NCBI RefSeq assembly: GCF_963921235.1
Contig: NC_086108.1
Span: 47,804,001 to 47,868,000, forward strand
Length of the DNA: 64,000 nucleotides
Source: Mobula hypostoma
Taxonomy: Eukaryota
Direction of reading: 5' to 3'
The position numbers and the translations under genes are program-made. Position 1 is the first letter of the stretch, and every line of letters starts with the position of its first letter. Of this stretch, positions 52,390-64,000 are shown one piece after another. The notes below the pieces were generated by a model. That model saw nothing but the letters and a program-made list of their open reading frames with translations. It searched no databases and was not told where the DNA came from.

Positions 52390-52800
52390 ACAGGTAGATA
52401 AAGGGTAGATAAAGGCCTTTATCAGTCAGAGCACTGAATATAGGAGTTAGGAATTTATGTTACAGGTAAGATAAGATGTTGGTGAGGCCACACTTGCTAT
52501 TGTATATAGTTTGTTTACCCTCTTACAGGAAAGAATTTATTAATCTAGAAAGAGTCAGAGGTGAGAGATTTGAAAAAGACATGAAGAGCAGCTTCTTCAC
52601 ACAAAGAGTGGTGCTGCCAGAAATGGTGGTTGAGACAGGCACATTAGCAACATTTAAAAGCTTTCTAGATAAGTACATGGATAGAAGAGGTTTAGAGGGC
52701 TTTGGGTGAAACGCAGTCAGATGGGACTCGCACGCTGGACAACACAGTCGGCATAGATGAATTGGGCCTAGGGGCCTGCTTCCATGCTATATGAATCTAT
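52390..52800 (+). mobile_element. CR1 3' fragment with an internal deletion
   Basis: LVRPHL...LERV fused to FFTQRVV...FKSFLDKYMD. Confidence 0.8.
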
Positions 52801-53624
52801 GAAAATGCTTCCAGGAGGACATTGAGGATGATTCTAGGAACATCCTTAAATCTTGAAAATTGCAACATCCACTCTGAATTGTAAGCCTGTGGTAGTTGGT
52901 AGTTCAGAATGGAAGAGAAGCTTCTGGAAGGCACAAACAGCCATTCACAAACAGAGGATTCAGTACATAAGAAGATCTCAATTTACCCAGCTGTTCACTC
53001 CTCTAAATAGCCAGTGGTCTGCTTCTGTCAGAGTTTGTGAATCTGACTTGGGCTTTTCAGTCACCCTAATAGTTCCTTTTCATCACCAGTTATCCACAAT
53101 TGTGATGAAGAAGAAATATTAAAGTGCAGGATATTTCTGGGCTTATTGGGATGCACAGTATAGAGTTACTTATATGGAAAAGTGACATAATGATTTGGCT
53201 TCATGCCTCCTTTTCGCAGAGGGCAAATCTGCTAGTAAATCGTCATTGATTTTAGGCTTTGCATGAGTTAAGATGGTAACGGGGTTTGGATTTGGACAGA
53301 TTGGGACTGATGGACATTGCTGGTGATGGTGGGAAGATGATGTCAGCCAGTTAGGGTAAACCAATACCAACCCCCTGCCACACCAATCCATTTCCCACTG
53401 CCCTGGGAAAATAGCCAACATAATTAAAGACCACTCTCATCCTGGTCATTCTCCCCTTCTCCTCCCTTTCATTGGACAGAAGATAACAAAATCTTGAAAT
53501 TGCGTACCACCAGGTTCAAGGACAGCTTCCATCCTGCTGTTGCAAGAGTCTTGAACAAATTTCTAACATAATGAAGATGAACTTTTGATCACTCAGTCTA
53601 TGTTATCGTAGTCCTTGCACCATA

Positions 53625-53905
53625 TTGGTAGTGTAGCAGTTAGCACGATACTGTTTGAGCTTGGGATGTCAGAGTTCGGAGTTCAATTCTGATGTTCTCT
53701 GTAAGAAAGTTTGTACAATCTTCCCATGTGCATGAGGGTTTCTTCCAGGTGCTCTGGTATCTTCCCATAGTCCAAAGATGTACCGGTAAGTAGGCTAATT
53801 GGTTGTTGTAAATTGTCCCGTGATTAGGCTAGGGGATTGCTGGCGACATGGTTTGGTGGGCCAGAAGGGCCAGTTTCATGCTGTATCTCTAAATAAATAA
53901 ATAAC
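53625..53905 (+). mobile_element. V-SINE (HE1-like), second copy, inserted in a Rex1-like tail
   Basis: Aligns with 46441-46725; ends in (taaa)n. Confidence 0.72.
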
Positions 53906-53999
53906 TGGATATTTGGTTACTTGCACTATGCTTTCTCTGTAGCTGTCGCTATAGTAGTATATTCTGCCTTCTGGTATTGTTTTTTCCTTTGGACTAAAG

Positions 54000-55040
54000 A
54001 GTTAAGTTGGTTTATTATCATTATATATATCGAGTACAGTGAAATTTTGCCTTGCGTACCTTCCATACCGATCGTTTCATTACAACAGTGCATTGAAGTA
54101 GGTCAAGGGGAAACAATAACAAAATACAGTTAAAGTGATACAGTTACAGAGAAAGTGCAGTGCAGGTGGACAATAAGGTGCAAGGCCAAAATGAGTAGCT
54201 TGTGATGTCAAGAGTCCATCTTATCATACTGGGGAACCACTTAGTAATCTTATAACAGCAAGTTAAAAGATGTCGTTAACCTTGCTAGTATGTGTATTCA
54301 GGCTTTTATGTCCTCTACATGATGAGAGATGGGAGAAGACAGAATGTGTGGGGATGGTAGGGTCTTTGATTATGGTGGCTGCTTTACTGAAGTGGCAAGA
54401 TATGGATGCAGGGTCTCTGTAGGGGAGGCTGGTTCTGTGATGTGTTGAGCTGTATTCACCACTCTCTGCAGTTTCTTGCAGTCATGGACACAGCAGTTGC
54501 CATACCAAACTCTGATGCATCTGAATAAGATGCCATCAAGGGTGCATCAGTAAAAATTGGGAGGGGCAAAGGGGACGTGCCAAATTTCTCTAGTTTCCTG
54601 AGAAAGTATCAGCTCTGATGAGCTTTCTTGGCTGTGGCGATAATGTGGTTGGACTAGGACAGGCTGTTAGAGATGTCCACTCATAGGAACTTGAAACTCT
54701 CAACCCTCTCGACCTCAACAACTTTGATGTAAACAAGAGCATGTGCATCATCCTCCTTCCTGAAGTCAATGACCAAGTCCTTTGTTTTGATGACACTGAG
54801 GGAGAGAGAGGTTGTTGTCATGATCCCATGCCACTAAGCTCATATTTTTCTTTCTGTACTCTGACACATCATTATTTGAAATGTGGCCCATTGCACTGGT
54901 ATCATCTGTACGCTTGTAGGTGGAGTTAGAGAAGAATCTGGCCACACAGTTATTATGTACAGGAAGTAGAGTAGATCTGAGGATGCAGCCTTGTGGAACA
55001 CCAGTGTTGAAGATAATTTGGCAGACGTGTTGCTGCCTAT
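54000..55040 (-). mobile_element. Rex1/Babar-like LINE RT 3' region, decayed
   Basis: Minus-strand remnants including an aatgtcatcaaaacaaaggacttggtcattgacttcaggaag (KTK.LVIDFRK-like) segment. Confidence 0.7.
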
Positions 55041-55334
55041 CAGAAAGTTTGGAATGATTGGTATTTTAGGTATGCAAAACAGTTTTTCACCGTATCTCGT
55101 TACATGTGACAATAATAATTACCAGTTTCGGTGAATGGTCTGAGTTTCTTTTTAATTGTAGAATCACAAGAAGATGGCCCACTGATTTCAGATTCAGAAA
55201 AAAATATTTTCCTTAGCAAACTAAATAGCTTTATATTTTTCCATGTTTGCAATAAGATATGCTGGTACACCAGGCAATCTTGGTGTGTTAGTTAATGAGA
55301 TATGGTAGGCTAGCTTGCATGAACAGCAAGCAAT

Positions 55335-55820
55335 TTGGAAGGAAGTATCTTTGGAACTGTACAGGACTTTGGTGAGAACACTTCTTGGCCTCTATACCAA
55401 AGAAAGGATGGCATGTCAAGGAAAATCACAAGTTTGGTTCTGGGAAGGTTGGGATGATTATGTGAATGTTCAGCAAAATTGGCCACTATTCATTGGAGTC
55501 TAATGAGTTGCGAAACACATAGAAATCCAAAAGGGATTAATTTAAGACCTACACCTACACAGACACCTCAGGCAGTGGAACTAAAGGGCAAAGTCTTAAA
55601 ATAAACTGGAAATTTAGGGCAGAGGGGAGGAGTAGCTTTCTTTCTCAGAGAGTTGTATTATGCAAGATTGAGATTGATAGACTTTTGGACATTAATGTTA
55701 TTAGGGAGACAAAAGGATTGGTCAGGAAAGGTGAAGAAGGTACATAATCAACTGATAGTTATATTGAACTGCAGAGCAAACTCCAATGGGTGACTGGTAT
55801 ACTCCTTTGATTTGTTATGT
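55335..55820 (+). mobile_element. Highly degraded CR1 3' fragment
   Basis: LELYRTLVR; tttctcagagagttgt; tail actcctttgatttgttatgtt. Confidence 0.55.
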
Positions 55821-57785
55821 TTATAAATTCTAAAACTTAGCAAGTGAATATAAAATCCCAAATATTTAATATTTAATTTGTCATTTTGTAAATGCTATCA
55901 CTTTCAGACTTGGCATCAGTAATAGAACAGCTTTTTCACACATAAACAAAATTCTAGTGACACCCAATGTCTGTGCAATTAGAAGATTTCTAACCTACAT
56001 ATATGATAGATGCTATCCCGGCAATAAAAGTGAGTGCTAGCAGCAAGCTGAAGTAACTGATAATGCCTGTCTTTCAAAACATTTTAAATCCCTATCACAA
56101 GCAAATTTATTTTCCTTTTATTACCACATGCCCCCTGAGATAACAAATGATATAAATCTGAGTGACAAAATAAACAGAATTTTATATTTGGTGTGCAGTT
56201 AGCAACATCAATTGGGGAGAAAAAACAGGCACCGTGCAGAGTGACCCTCTACGAATAATGTTTAGAGAGTGCAGTGAAATTAATATGCTAACATATATTT
56301 GGAATAATAGCTGAAAATAGGTTTTAGTCTCTTTATTATTCTTCTATTGGTATGTTAACTTATTTTCCATTAATGGGGAGCATGTTTCTCTATGGCCTTC
56401 AATAATACATTCATTGGCTGCAGGGGCATCTAAAATACAATTTTGACTGTGTCAAATTGCAAAGTGGGTACAGTAATAGAGATTTGGCAACTGGATTTAT
56501 ATTCCTCATCTAAATCTGACCCTGTACCCTTTGATACTGAACACAGATGATCTCCTCTATTATCAAGGAGCTACAAACATTTACATGAAAAACTAAAAGC
56601 ACAACAGTTCAATGCATTTATAATAGCACCTGAAACAAACCATACTGATTCATTAAACAGTTAGAGATGAAACAAAATGGATATCGGTTGTACATGCTCC
56701 ATCACATATTGGTGGGATTTACTGTACCATCAAATGAATAAAGAGATCTGCAAAGAAAATGAGGGGAACAGCAGAACAACAGAAGCAATAATAACAATTA
56801 CCTTATTTTTACTTATTTGTGATAAAATGTAGTTTTAATTAATGTTAATGTTAATACAATATTGAAAAATCAATGAATAATGGATAAAGTTTACAATATA
56901 ATTGGTGTCAGAGAATCTAAAAGTAGAAGTAAAAGCTTTAGGAGAATTTATTTTGTCTTATTTCCTTGTTGCTAATCTTCAGTGTTCTCTCACCATTTAT
57001 ATATTTCCTTATTGCGAGGTCTAGATCTGAGATGCTTTGTTGTTATGATTTCTTTGTCTAAAGCTGTTGTGTTGATGTCAGTGCTTTCACAACCACCGTG
57101 GCTACTGTAATCCTTAGTTTATGAAGACTCGATGCATTCTTTATATGTATTTAAAGTCCTGACAGTGGTTTTAAATTAATTTAATCCACCTTAAGTGCAA
57201 CCTGTATTGTAACCATGCATACAAATTATATATGTATTACAGCAGTTGTTTCCATAACACCTGCTTATGCTGCAACTGATGATTCAGTGCATTGATTTAG
57301 AAGAGACTGACCTTACTTCAGAGGGCAAAGCAAAACTCTGCAATGTCAGTCTCATCATTATTTTCCCTATTAACTCATCATACTTGATTCAACAATCTTA
57401 CATAATGAACAAAACATTTGCTTTTAATGGAAAAATATAGTGCACAATTCAATAATAAATGTTGGAAAATAAATTGGAATGTGCCATCTCACATACACTC
57501 ACGCACGCACACATGCACACCGGATAACCAGAGCATCCCTTAGGGTATCACTGCAGCAGAAGCTCCAAATAGTATTGTTGGTTCAGCCTTCTAAGTTTAA
57601 TTCATCAATCACCTTCCCTGCAACATTAAGCTCCTGCTGACTAGATACAGCATTCTCACCTTCAGTCAGTGTTTGCAGTAGGTACTGTTCACAGGATCCT
57701 CTGCATCAGCTCAAAAATACTACCTCCATGTGATTCTGCCATCCCCATGACCTTTTCCTTGGGAAAGCTAAGAACAGTGAGTAAA

Positions 57786-57815
57786 CTATCTACCTATCTA
57801 TCTATCTATCTATCT
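57786..57815 (+). repeat. (TATC)n microsatellite
   Basis: ctatctacctatctatctatctatctatct. Confidence 0.85.
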
Positions 57816-57980
57816 TCACACTCTAGCCTGAAACAAATATCTATACCCATTTCTTCTTTACTTCTCATGTGGAATTAAATAACTCGGGTCTGGTAGTTAG
57901 ATCACAAAAATATGCTTTGTTCCAGAAGTACTTGCTGAACATTGATTTAACTGAAATTTTGCAATCATTTCCAGACTGAT

Positions 57981-58247
57981 GAGACCTAGCTGGTGGCATA
58001 GTGGCATCTGTGCCGGACTTCAGGACGAAAGGTCCCAAGTTGGAATCCAGCCGGCTCCCCTGCACGCTTTCCGTCTGTGCTGGGTTACGAGCTGGTGATC
58101 TCTTTGGAAACTCACCCGGCAGAAGGCAATGGCAAACTACTGCTGTAACTTGCCTCATATGCGGTTTCCCACTTCGTCAGAGAGGTGTGGAGGGAAATCA
58201 TCTGCCAACCGGAGAAGCTCAGGATGCAACATACCTTTCTTTTCCTT
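57981..58247 (+). mobile_element. tRNA-derived SINE with a 13-bp TSD
   Basis: TSD tttccagactgat at 57968-57980 and 58248-58260; tggcatagtgg A-box and gttggaatcc B-box-like motif. Confidence 0.8.
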
Positions 58248-58324
58248 TTTCCAGACTGATATAATGCCAATCAAGAGTTTTGATCAGGTCCTTCCTATCA
58301 TGAGTTGCTTTTGCGACCATGATA

Positions 58325-59110
58325 CAGAATCAGAATCAAGTCCATTATCACTGTCTAATGTGATATGAAATTTGTTATTTTGTGGCTGTGTTACTGCGCA
58401 AAGACATAAAAATATGATAAATTACAAAAAGAGGGAATAATGAGGGAAAAAAGAGGGAATAATAATAACCCAGTGTTCATCGGTTCATGGATTGTTCCAT
58501 GATGGCGGAAGGGAAGAAGCTGTCTCTGAATCATTGAGTATGAGTCTTCAAGCTCTTGAGCTTCCTCCCTGATGAGTAGTAATGAGAAGAGAGCATGTCC
58601 TTCATGATGAGGATCCTTAATGATGGATGTTGTCTTCTTGAGACACTGCCTCCTGAAGATATCCTTGATAGTGGCAAGGGTTGTGCCCATGATAGACTGG
58701 TTGAGGCTACATTCCTTTGCAACCTCTTGCGATCCTGTGGAAGAGAGCCTCTATTTCAGGCTGTGATGTAACCAGTCAAAATGCTCTCCACCATACATCT
58801 ATAGAACTTTGCAAAAGTCTTTGAGAACATACCAAATCTCCTCCAAATCCAATGATGTAGAGATGCTGGCATGTCTTCTTTGTGATCGTATCAATGTGTT
58901 GGGCCCAGGGCAGATTCTCTGAGATGATGATACCCAGGATATTAAACTGTTCAGATTTTCTACCGCTGACCCCTCATTGAGGATTGGTGCATGTTTTTCT
59001 AAATTTGCCTTCCTGAAGTCCACCATCAGTTGACATCAAATGGAAGGCTGTTGTTGCAACACCACACAACCAACTGACCTATCACACTCCTGCATGCCTC
59101 CATGCTGCCA
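58325..59110 (-). mobile_element. Rex1/Babar-like LINE 3' fragment
   Basis: MVDFRK...; CLKKTTSIIKDPHHEGHALFSLL; cagaatcagaatc tail. Confidence 0.75.
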
Positions 59111-60299
59111 TTTCTTTCCTATTTTAAGAAAAACGCTGTACAATCACTGTAACATGCAAATCAAGTTTGAACATTTACAGCCATCACTTTGTAAACAAGT
59201 GGGAAAAAAGCCAAAGCATTTTTTCATGAGGATAAAGAAAGTTTATTGGAAAGCACTGCCCTCTCGCTAGGGAGGGTGTTGAGCTAACTGCATATGATTC
59301 TCATTGAGAATAATGTAACACAACTGCTGGTTGTAAGCCCATTAGTGTATAGAGAGTTCGAAACTTTGACTGACACAAGCTCTTCACAGTCTATTTGAAA
59401 CTGGGAATCTCACGAAGAACCAATCCTCATAGAAATAATGATTGTGAATTTTTTTTTGTTCTGAGCTTATATTTGTGTTATAATTATGGAAAATGTAGAT
59501 CTATGAAGAAGCACTTTTTCACCCTTCTACCCCTCCTATGTATAATGAAGATCAAAACTGGGGGAAAAGTCAGTAAACTTTGTTTAATGGGAAGCTTGAC
59601 TTTAGACTCTTTCTTGAGCATAATGAAGTAAAAATGTAATTTCAAGATACACTTGTTAGCATAATTTCTGCTATTTCAATATGAAGCTGTTTGTTATATA
59701 TCTGATGTAGCTGTCATTGCTAAGTAGAGTATTTATTTAGCCCCCTAAAATGCCTTTGAGAAAATGTTGGTGATCCTCCTTCATAAACTGTTGTGTATAA
59801 TTTAAATACAGTTTTATCAGAATTTAGAAAAACATCTAATCTCAGCTGTTAATCTCAAAAATTACCAAAATGTCTTTAAAAAAATCTGTATTATTGCTGT
59901 CCACCAGGAGAGGAAATCTAACACCCGTATCTTGTCACTGCCTTCCTAGGGGCAGCATGGAAGAGTGATAAATGTTGACCTGCCAGCAATGTCCAAATGA
60001 AAATTGGGTAAGTTAATGTCCTTATTGCAAAGTTACTATCATGGAGTAGGTATATAATATATGAAAGGAAGGGTCTCATTCACATGTTAAAGTTAAAACA
60101 AATAAATGCACTTTGTGCCACTGAGATATAGAGATCAGAACAGTTTCAGCTTTTATGTGTCGGTGATTTAATCTCTGATGGTGTACTGACGGAAGCCTTT
60201 AGATTAAGCATGCGTACATGCAAAAATGGTGAGTGTTGCAGTGGTGATATTATCACACGGTAGCTAAAGCACCTCAGTTACATATTACTGCTTATTGAT

Positions 60300-60500
60300 T
60301 GTTATTCCTCTCCTCGCCTTGTGGTGCATCGGGAGGCAACTTTGCTGTTTCTTTAGCATTTTGTCTGTTTTTACTTACAAGGCCAAATTGTTAGCTTGAG
60401 TCTTGACCCAGCACGAATGGAAAGCATGTAAGAAGCCAGCTGGATAGGAATCCTGGACCACTCACCTCAAAGTCTGGTGCTGATGCCACTACGCTACAGC
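60300..60500 (-). mobile_element. SINE related to 57981-58247
   Basis: Its reverse complement aligns with the head of the 57981 element. Confidence 0.65.
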
Positions 60501-62274
60501 CCAGCACAGCACTTTGATACTATATGTTATGCTTTTTTGTTTAAAAATGAGGATGACATTGAATGCCTATAAAATTATACCCATGAGTGAGACTTTCTTC
60601 AGGCTGGGAAAAAATGCAAATGATTAACTTTTAATGTAAATTAAATTGATGAGAAGTCATTCAGACTGAGAATTCATGCAAACCAACCAGCTAGCAGGCC
60701 TATGTCAGCATTTCTACATCAGCTCTGCAGAATAGTAGATGAGTCACCATTCTATTTGACTCCCACTTCCTATCATTAAGCTCCTGGGTTCTGCTTTGCT
60801 GACCCTATTGTCTGAGGGCCTATGAATCATCTGCTTTAATATTCATGTTCAAATATTTATGACAAGAATATCTGCAAAAGTTTGCTATTAAGTATTGTAC
60901 AAATGCTGCATTGTTGTCTGTTTGCCTTCTCAGATAGTCAGTAATGATCTGACAACTCCTTTTGAAAAATGACAGGGAACTTTTTCCAAGATCCTATCGT
61001 AATTTATCATTTAACCAATTTCTGAAATGATGATTGTTTATAACTTGTAGTTTGTGTGAGGTTGCTGTGTGCTAATCAGCAACTGATTTTCCCACAGTCA
61101 AACACAGCTACATTCCAAATAAAACTATGTTGTTGCTAATAAAGAGCTTCAGAATATGTATTTATTTCTATAAAATTATAATATATTCATATTACTGCCT
61201 GAAATTATTCAAATTCAGACTTATTTTCCTCAGTCTGAAAACCAAGAAGAATTTAGATTAATTCTGTCATTCAACAGAAAGTAAGTTCCACAAAGACTAA
61301 TAAACTACCAAGAAACCCTAGAAAATAATTTGTGAAAGGAGGAAAGATGATCACATGAAATGTTAATAAAGCGAAATTTGATTTAGGGAAACCTGGATTC
61401 TCAATGGAATGCACCAAAATATTTTCATAATCATTACATCATGATCTGTTTTGACATCTACTGTGGATGATCATGTGATCATAAACAAGTTTCACCTAAT
61501 GCTTTGCTATAAGGAAGGCTAAATTTAATAGGAAGTCAGTGTTCATATGAACTATAATAAGCCTTGTTTTGTGGTTCTAGGATTAGAACATTCAAAGGCA
61601 GTCTCCTGATACAGCTAGTGAATGCATTGAATCAGATGAAAGATAAATAGGATGCTGTACCGGTCAGAACCAGAATACTGGAAAAAAATTGATGGAGCAC
61701 CCAATTGCTAACTGAAATCCTGCAGATAAATTGAGAAAGAACGTGGAGATGGAAAGAATTTCAGAAGCCAGTGATTAATTTTTTCCCCCTGAAACTAGTG
61801 TTAGATGTCAAGCTTTGGATATCCAGAAATCCCACGCAAAATGTTTTAAATATCCAAAAGTGCACCAGCACACTTTTTTGGATGTTGGTTGCAATTCCCT
61901 TGGAAAGGTGAGTGGACCTATTTCATATACATATTACAGCTCACTTTTAATTCTGTATGCAGCCTGCTTCTTCCACTGTTTAGTGAATATTTGGTTCCAT
62001 GTTGTAAATTTACCAGATTGGCTGTTTATTTTCAGGTTCAGATAGTGCCTTGATAGTTTTGTACATTGCTCACTGAATTATGGATGCTTTGTTTTAGTTC
62101 AGTTTGTTTTGTATGTAGCCCTGTTAACACGGCAGTATTGCTTAACAGCACGATAGGGGGTGAAGTTTGATTCATGGCGGAATCATGCACTTGCCCAATC
62201 CCTCACCAAAACTGGCATGGATAGGTGCCTCAATGACAGATAAGTTGGTTAAGATGGGGGCAAAGAGAGGGTTA

Positions 62275-62825
62275 GCAACTTTAAATTATTCGGTGTCATC
62301 ATTTCAGGTTCCTGCACATAAGTGCCTTTACAAAGAAAGCATGACAGTGCCTCTGCATTCTTAGAAGTTTGCACAGATTTGTGATGTCATCTAAAACTTT
62401 GACAACCTTCTTTGAGTGTGCAGTGGAGAGTATATTGACTGGTTGCACCATGGCCTTGTATGGAAACACTAATGCCCTTGAGCAGAAAAGCCTGCAAAAA
62501 GTAGTGGATATAACCTAGTTCATCACGGGTAAAACCCTCCACCACTGAGCACATCTATATGGAGCACTGTTACAGGAAAGTAGCATCCATCATCAAGGAC
62601 CCCCATCATCCAGGGCCTGCTCTCTTCTTGCTGCTGCCATCAAACAAAGCGGTACAGGAGTGTCAGGACCGGAATACCAGGTTTAAGAATAGTTATTAAC
62701 CTTCAGTCATCAGGCTCTTGAACAAAAGTTGAATATTTATTATTATTATTATTACTTTTTTATTTGTATTTACTTTGAATATGGTGACATATACACACTT
62801 TGATAGTAAATTTACTTTGAACTAT
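62275..62825 (+). mobile_element. Rex1/Babar-like LINE 3' fragment
   Basis: ESILTGC..., SIIKDPHHPGPALFLLLPS, RFKNSY..IRLLN motifs followed by the tail. Confidence 0.78.
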
Positions 62826-63749
62826 GAAGTATATGTGTAGATGAAAGATGGCCATATACTAAATTGAGTGGTAGCCTAAACTAAGGGAACAGTTGGATTG
62901 TCAAAGTTGTTTTAAGGATTTAATAAAATGCACAAGAAACCTTCAATAGTTTGCATCACAAGCAAGAAAGTGTAAGTTAACATGACAATGGCTATGTGCA
63001 GGAATGAGTCCCTGTGTTAATCAATGGTTGCCACAGCTCCACCGCAGGTGTCAACATCATAAAGTATCAGAACTACAGATCGCTCTGTTGGTATTTTTCC
63101 ATGCGTTGGTCCTCTCCTTACCTGCCTCAAACTAGTCTGGAAACTGCGTCTTTCTGAATTCAGACATCTCAGTCACTTGTGATGGTTTTATGCCTCATAT
63201 CCTAGAGGGAACCTTGGAACCACCCACACCACCCCCCCCCCACCCTGTGCTGCTTCCAAGCATTGCTCAACTTGGAGGAGATCTGATTCATGATTCATGG
63301 ACTCAGGGAAAACAGTAAGTGATAATCAGCAGGAAGCATCCTTGGCCATATCTGGATATTTGTTTATGAACCTGAATTTTCATGTCATCACCCCCCATAT
63401 TCTCATCTCACATTAGCCGTATGCAGATATAGCCAGCTTCTGTAAGGCAGGCACATGCAGGCTCCTCCCAATATCCACACAGCTAACAGCAGTTATCTGC
63501 CATTCATTTATAACTCATCACCTGCAACCTATTTTAACCCAACTGTCATCTACTATCCTTATAAACCAGCTAACCTCAACCAGTTGCTCCTAGCATTCAG
63601 TTGCCTTGTTGCCTTTTACTATTAAGTATCTGCTTTCTTTCTTGTTTTGTGGCCCGTTGTGGCATGTTATCTGGCAGTTTATTATTAAAGTTATCACTCA
63701 CCACAGAATCATTTCCTCTGCTTGCATTTGGGTCAAGTCTCCTCTACAT

Positions 63750-64000
63750 TACTCAACTTCACTTGCCCCATCACTGAACTGTTCCCACAGCCTATGAACT
63801 CACTTTCAAGGTCTCTTCATCTCATTTTCTTGGTATTTATTGCTTATTTATTTTTTCTTTTGTATTTTCTTTTGTCTTCCACATTTGCTGTTTGCCTGTC
63901 CTGTTGGGTGTCGTCTTTAATTGTTTCTATCATGTTTCTTAGATTTATTGTGTATGCCAGCAAGAAAATGAATCTCAGGGTTGTATATGGTTACTTTGAT
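63750..64000 (+). repeat. Rex1/Babar-like LINE 3' UTR
   Basis: caagaaaatgaatctcagggttgtatatgg; matches the other tails in the window. Confidence 0.6.

Noticed and set aside
1..64000. CRISPR array, operon or prokaryotic defence or RT system
   Set aside because: No regularly spaced repeats or gene-dense structure; all RT motifs belong to eukaryotic LINEs

Overview
Vertebrate genomic DNA, most likely a cartilaginous fish such as a ray (inferred from esterase-type CR1 LINEs, V-domain SINEs with CR1 tails, and Rex1/Babar-like and Penelope-derived repeats). It holds one complete protein-coding gene on the minus strand, IVNS1ABP (KLHL39/Nd1; BTB-BACK-Kelch). Its 13 coding exons (21063 to 7245) splice in phase at GT-AG junctions into a 1920-nt CDS (639 aa). 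Two candidate 5' UTR exons and a CpG-island promoter lie near 32.3 kb. The rest is intronic or intergenic and rich in transposons: a near-full-length CR1 carrying a nested hAT that itself carries a CR1 fragment, an older CR1, two Tc1 remnants, a pogo/Tigger-like element, SINEs and LINE tails. The most notable features not shown by the ORF track are three. First, a cluster of candidate stop-introducing micro-exons in the repeat-free intron after the exon ending LMEE. Second, a spliced 24-codon uORF. Third, Penelope-derived repeats carrying a degenerate minimal hammerhead ribozyme. No prokaryotic system, CRISPR array, rRNA or true tRNA gene was seen.
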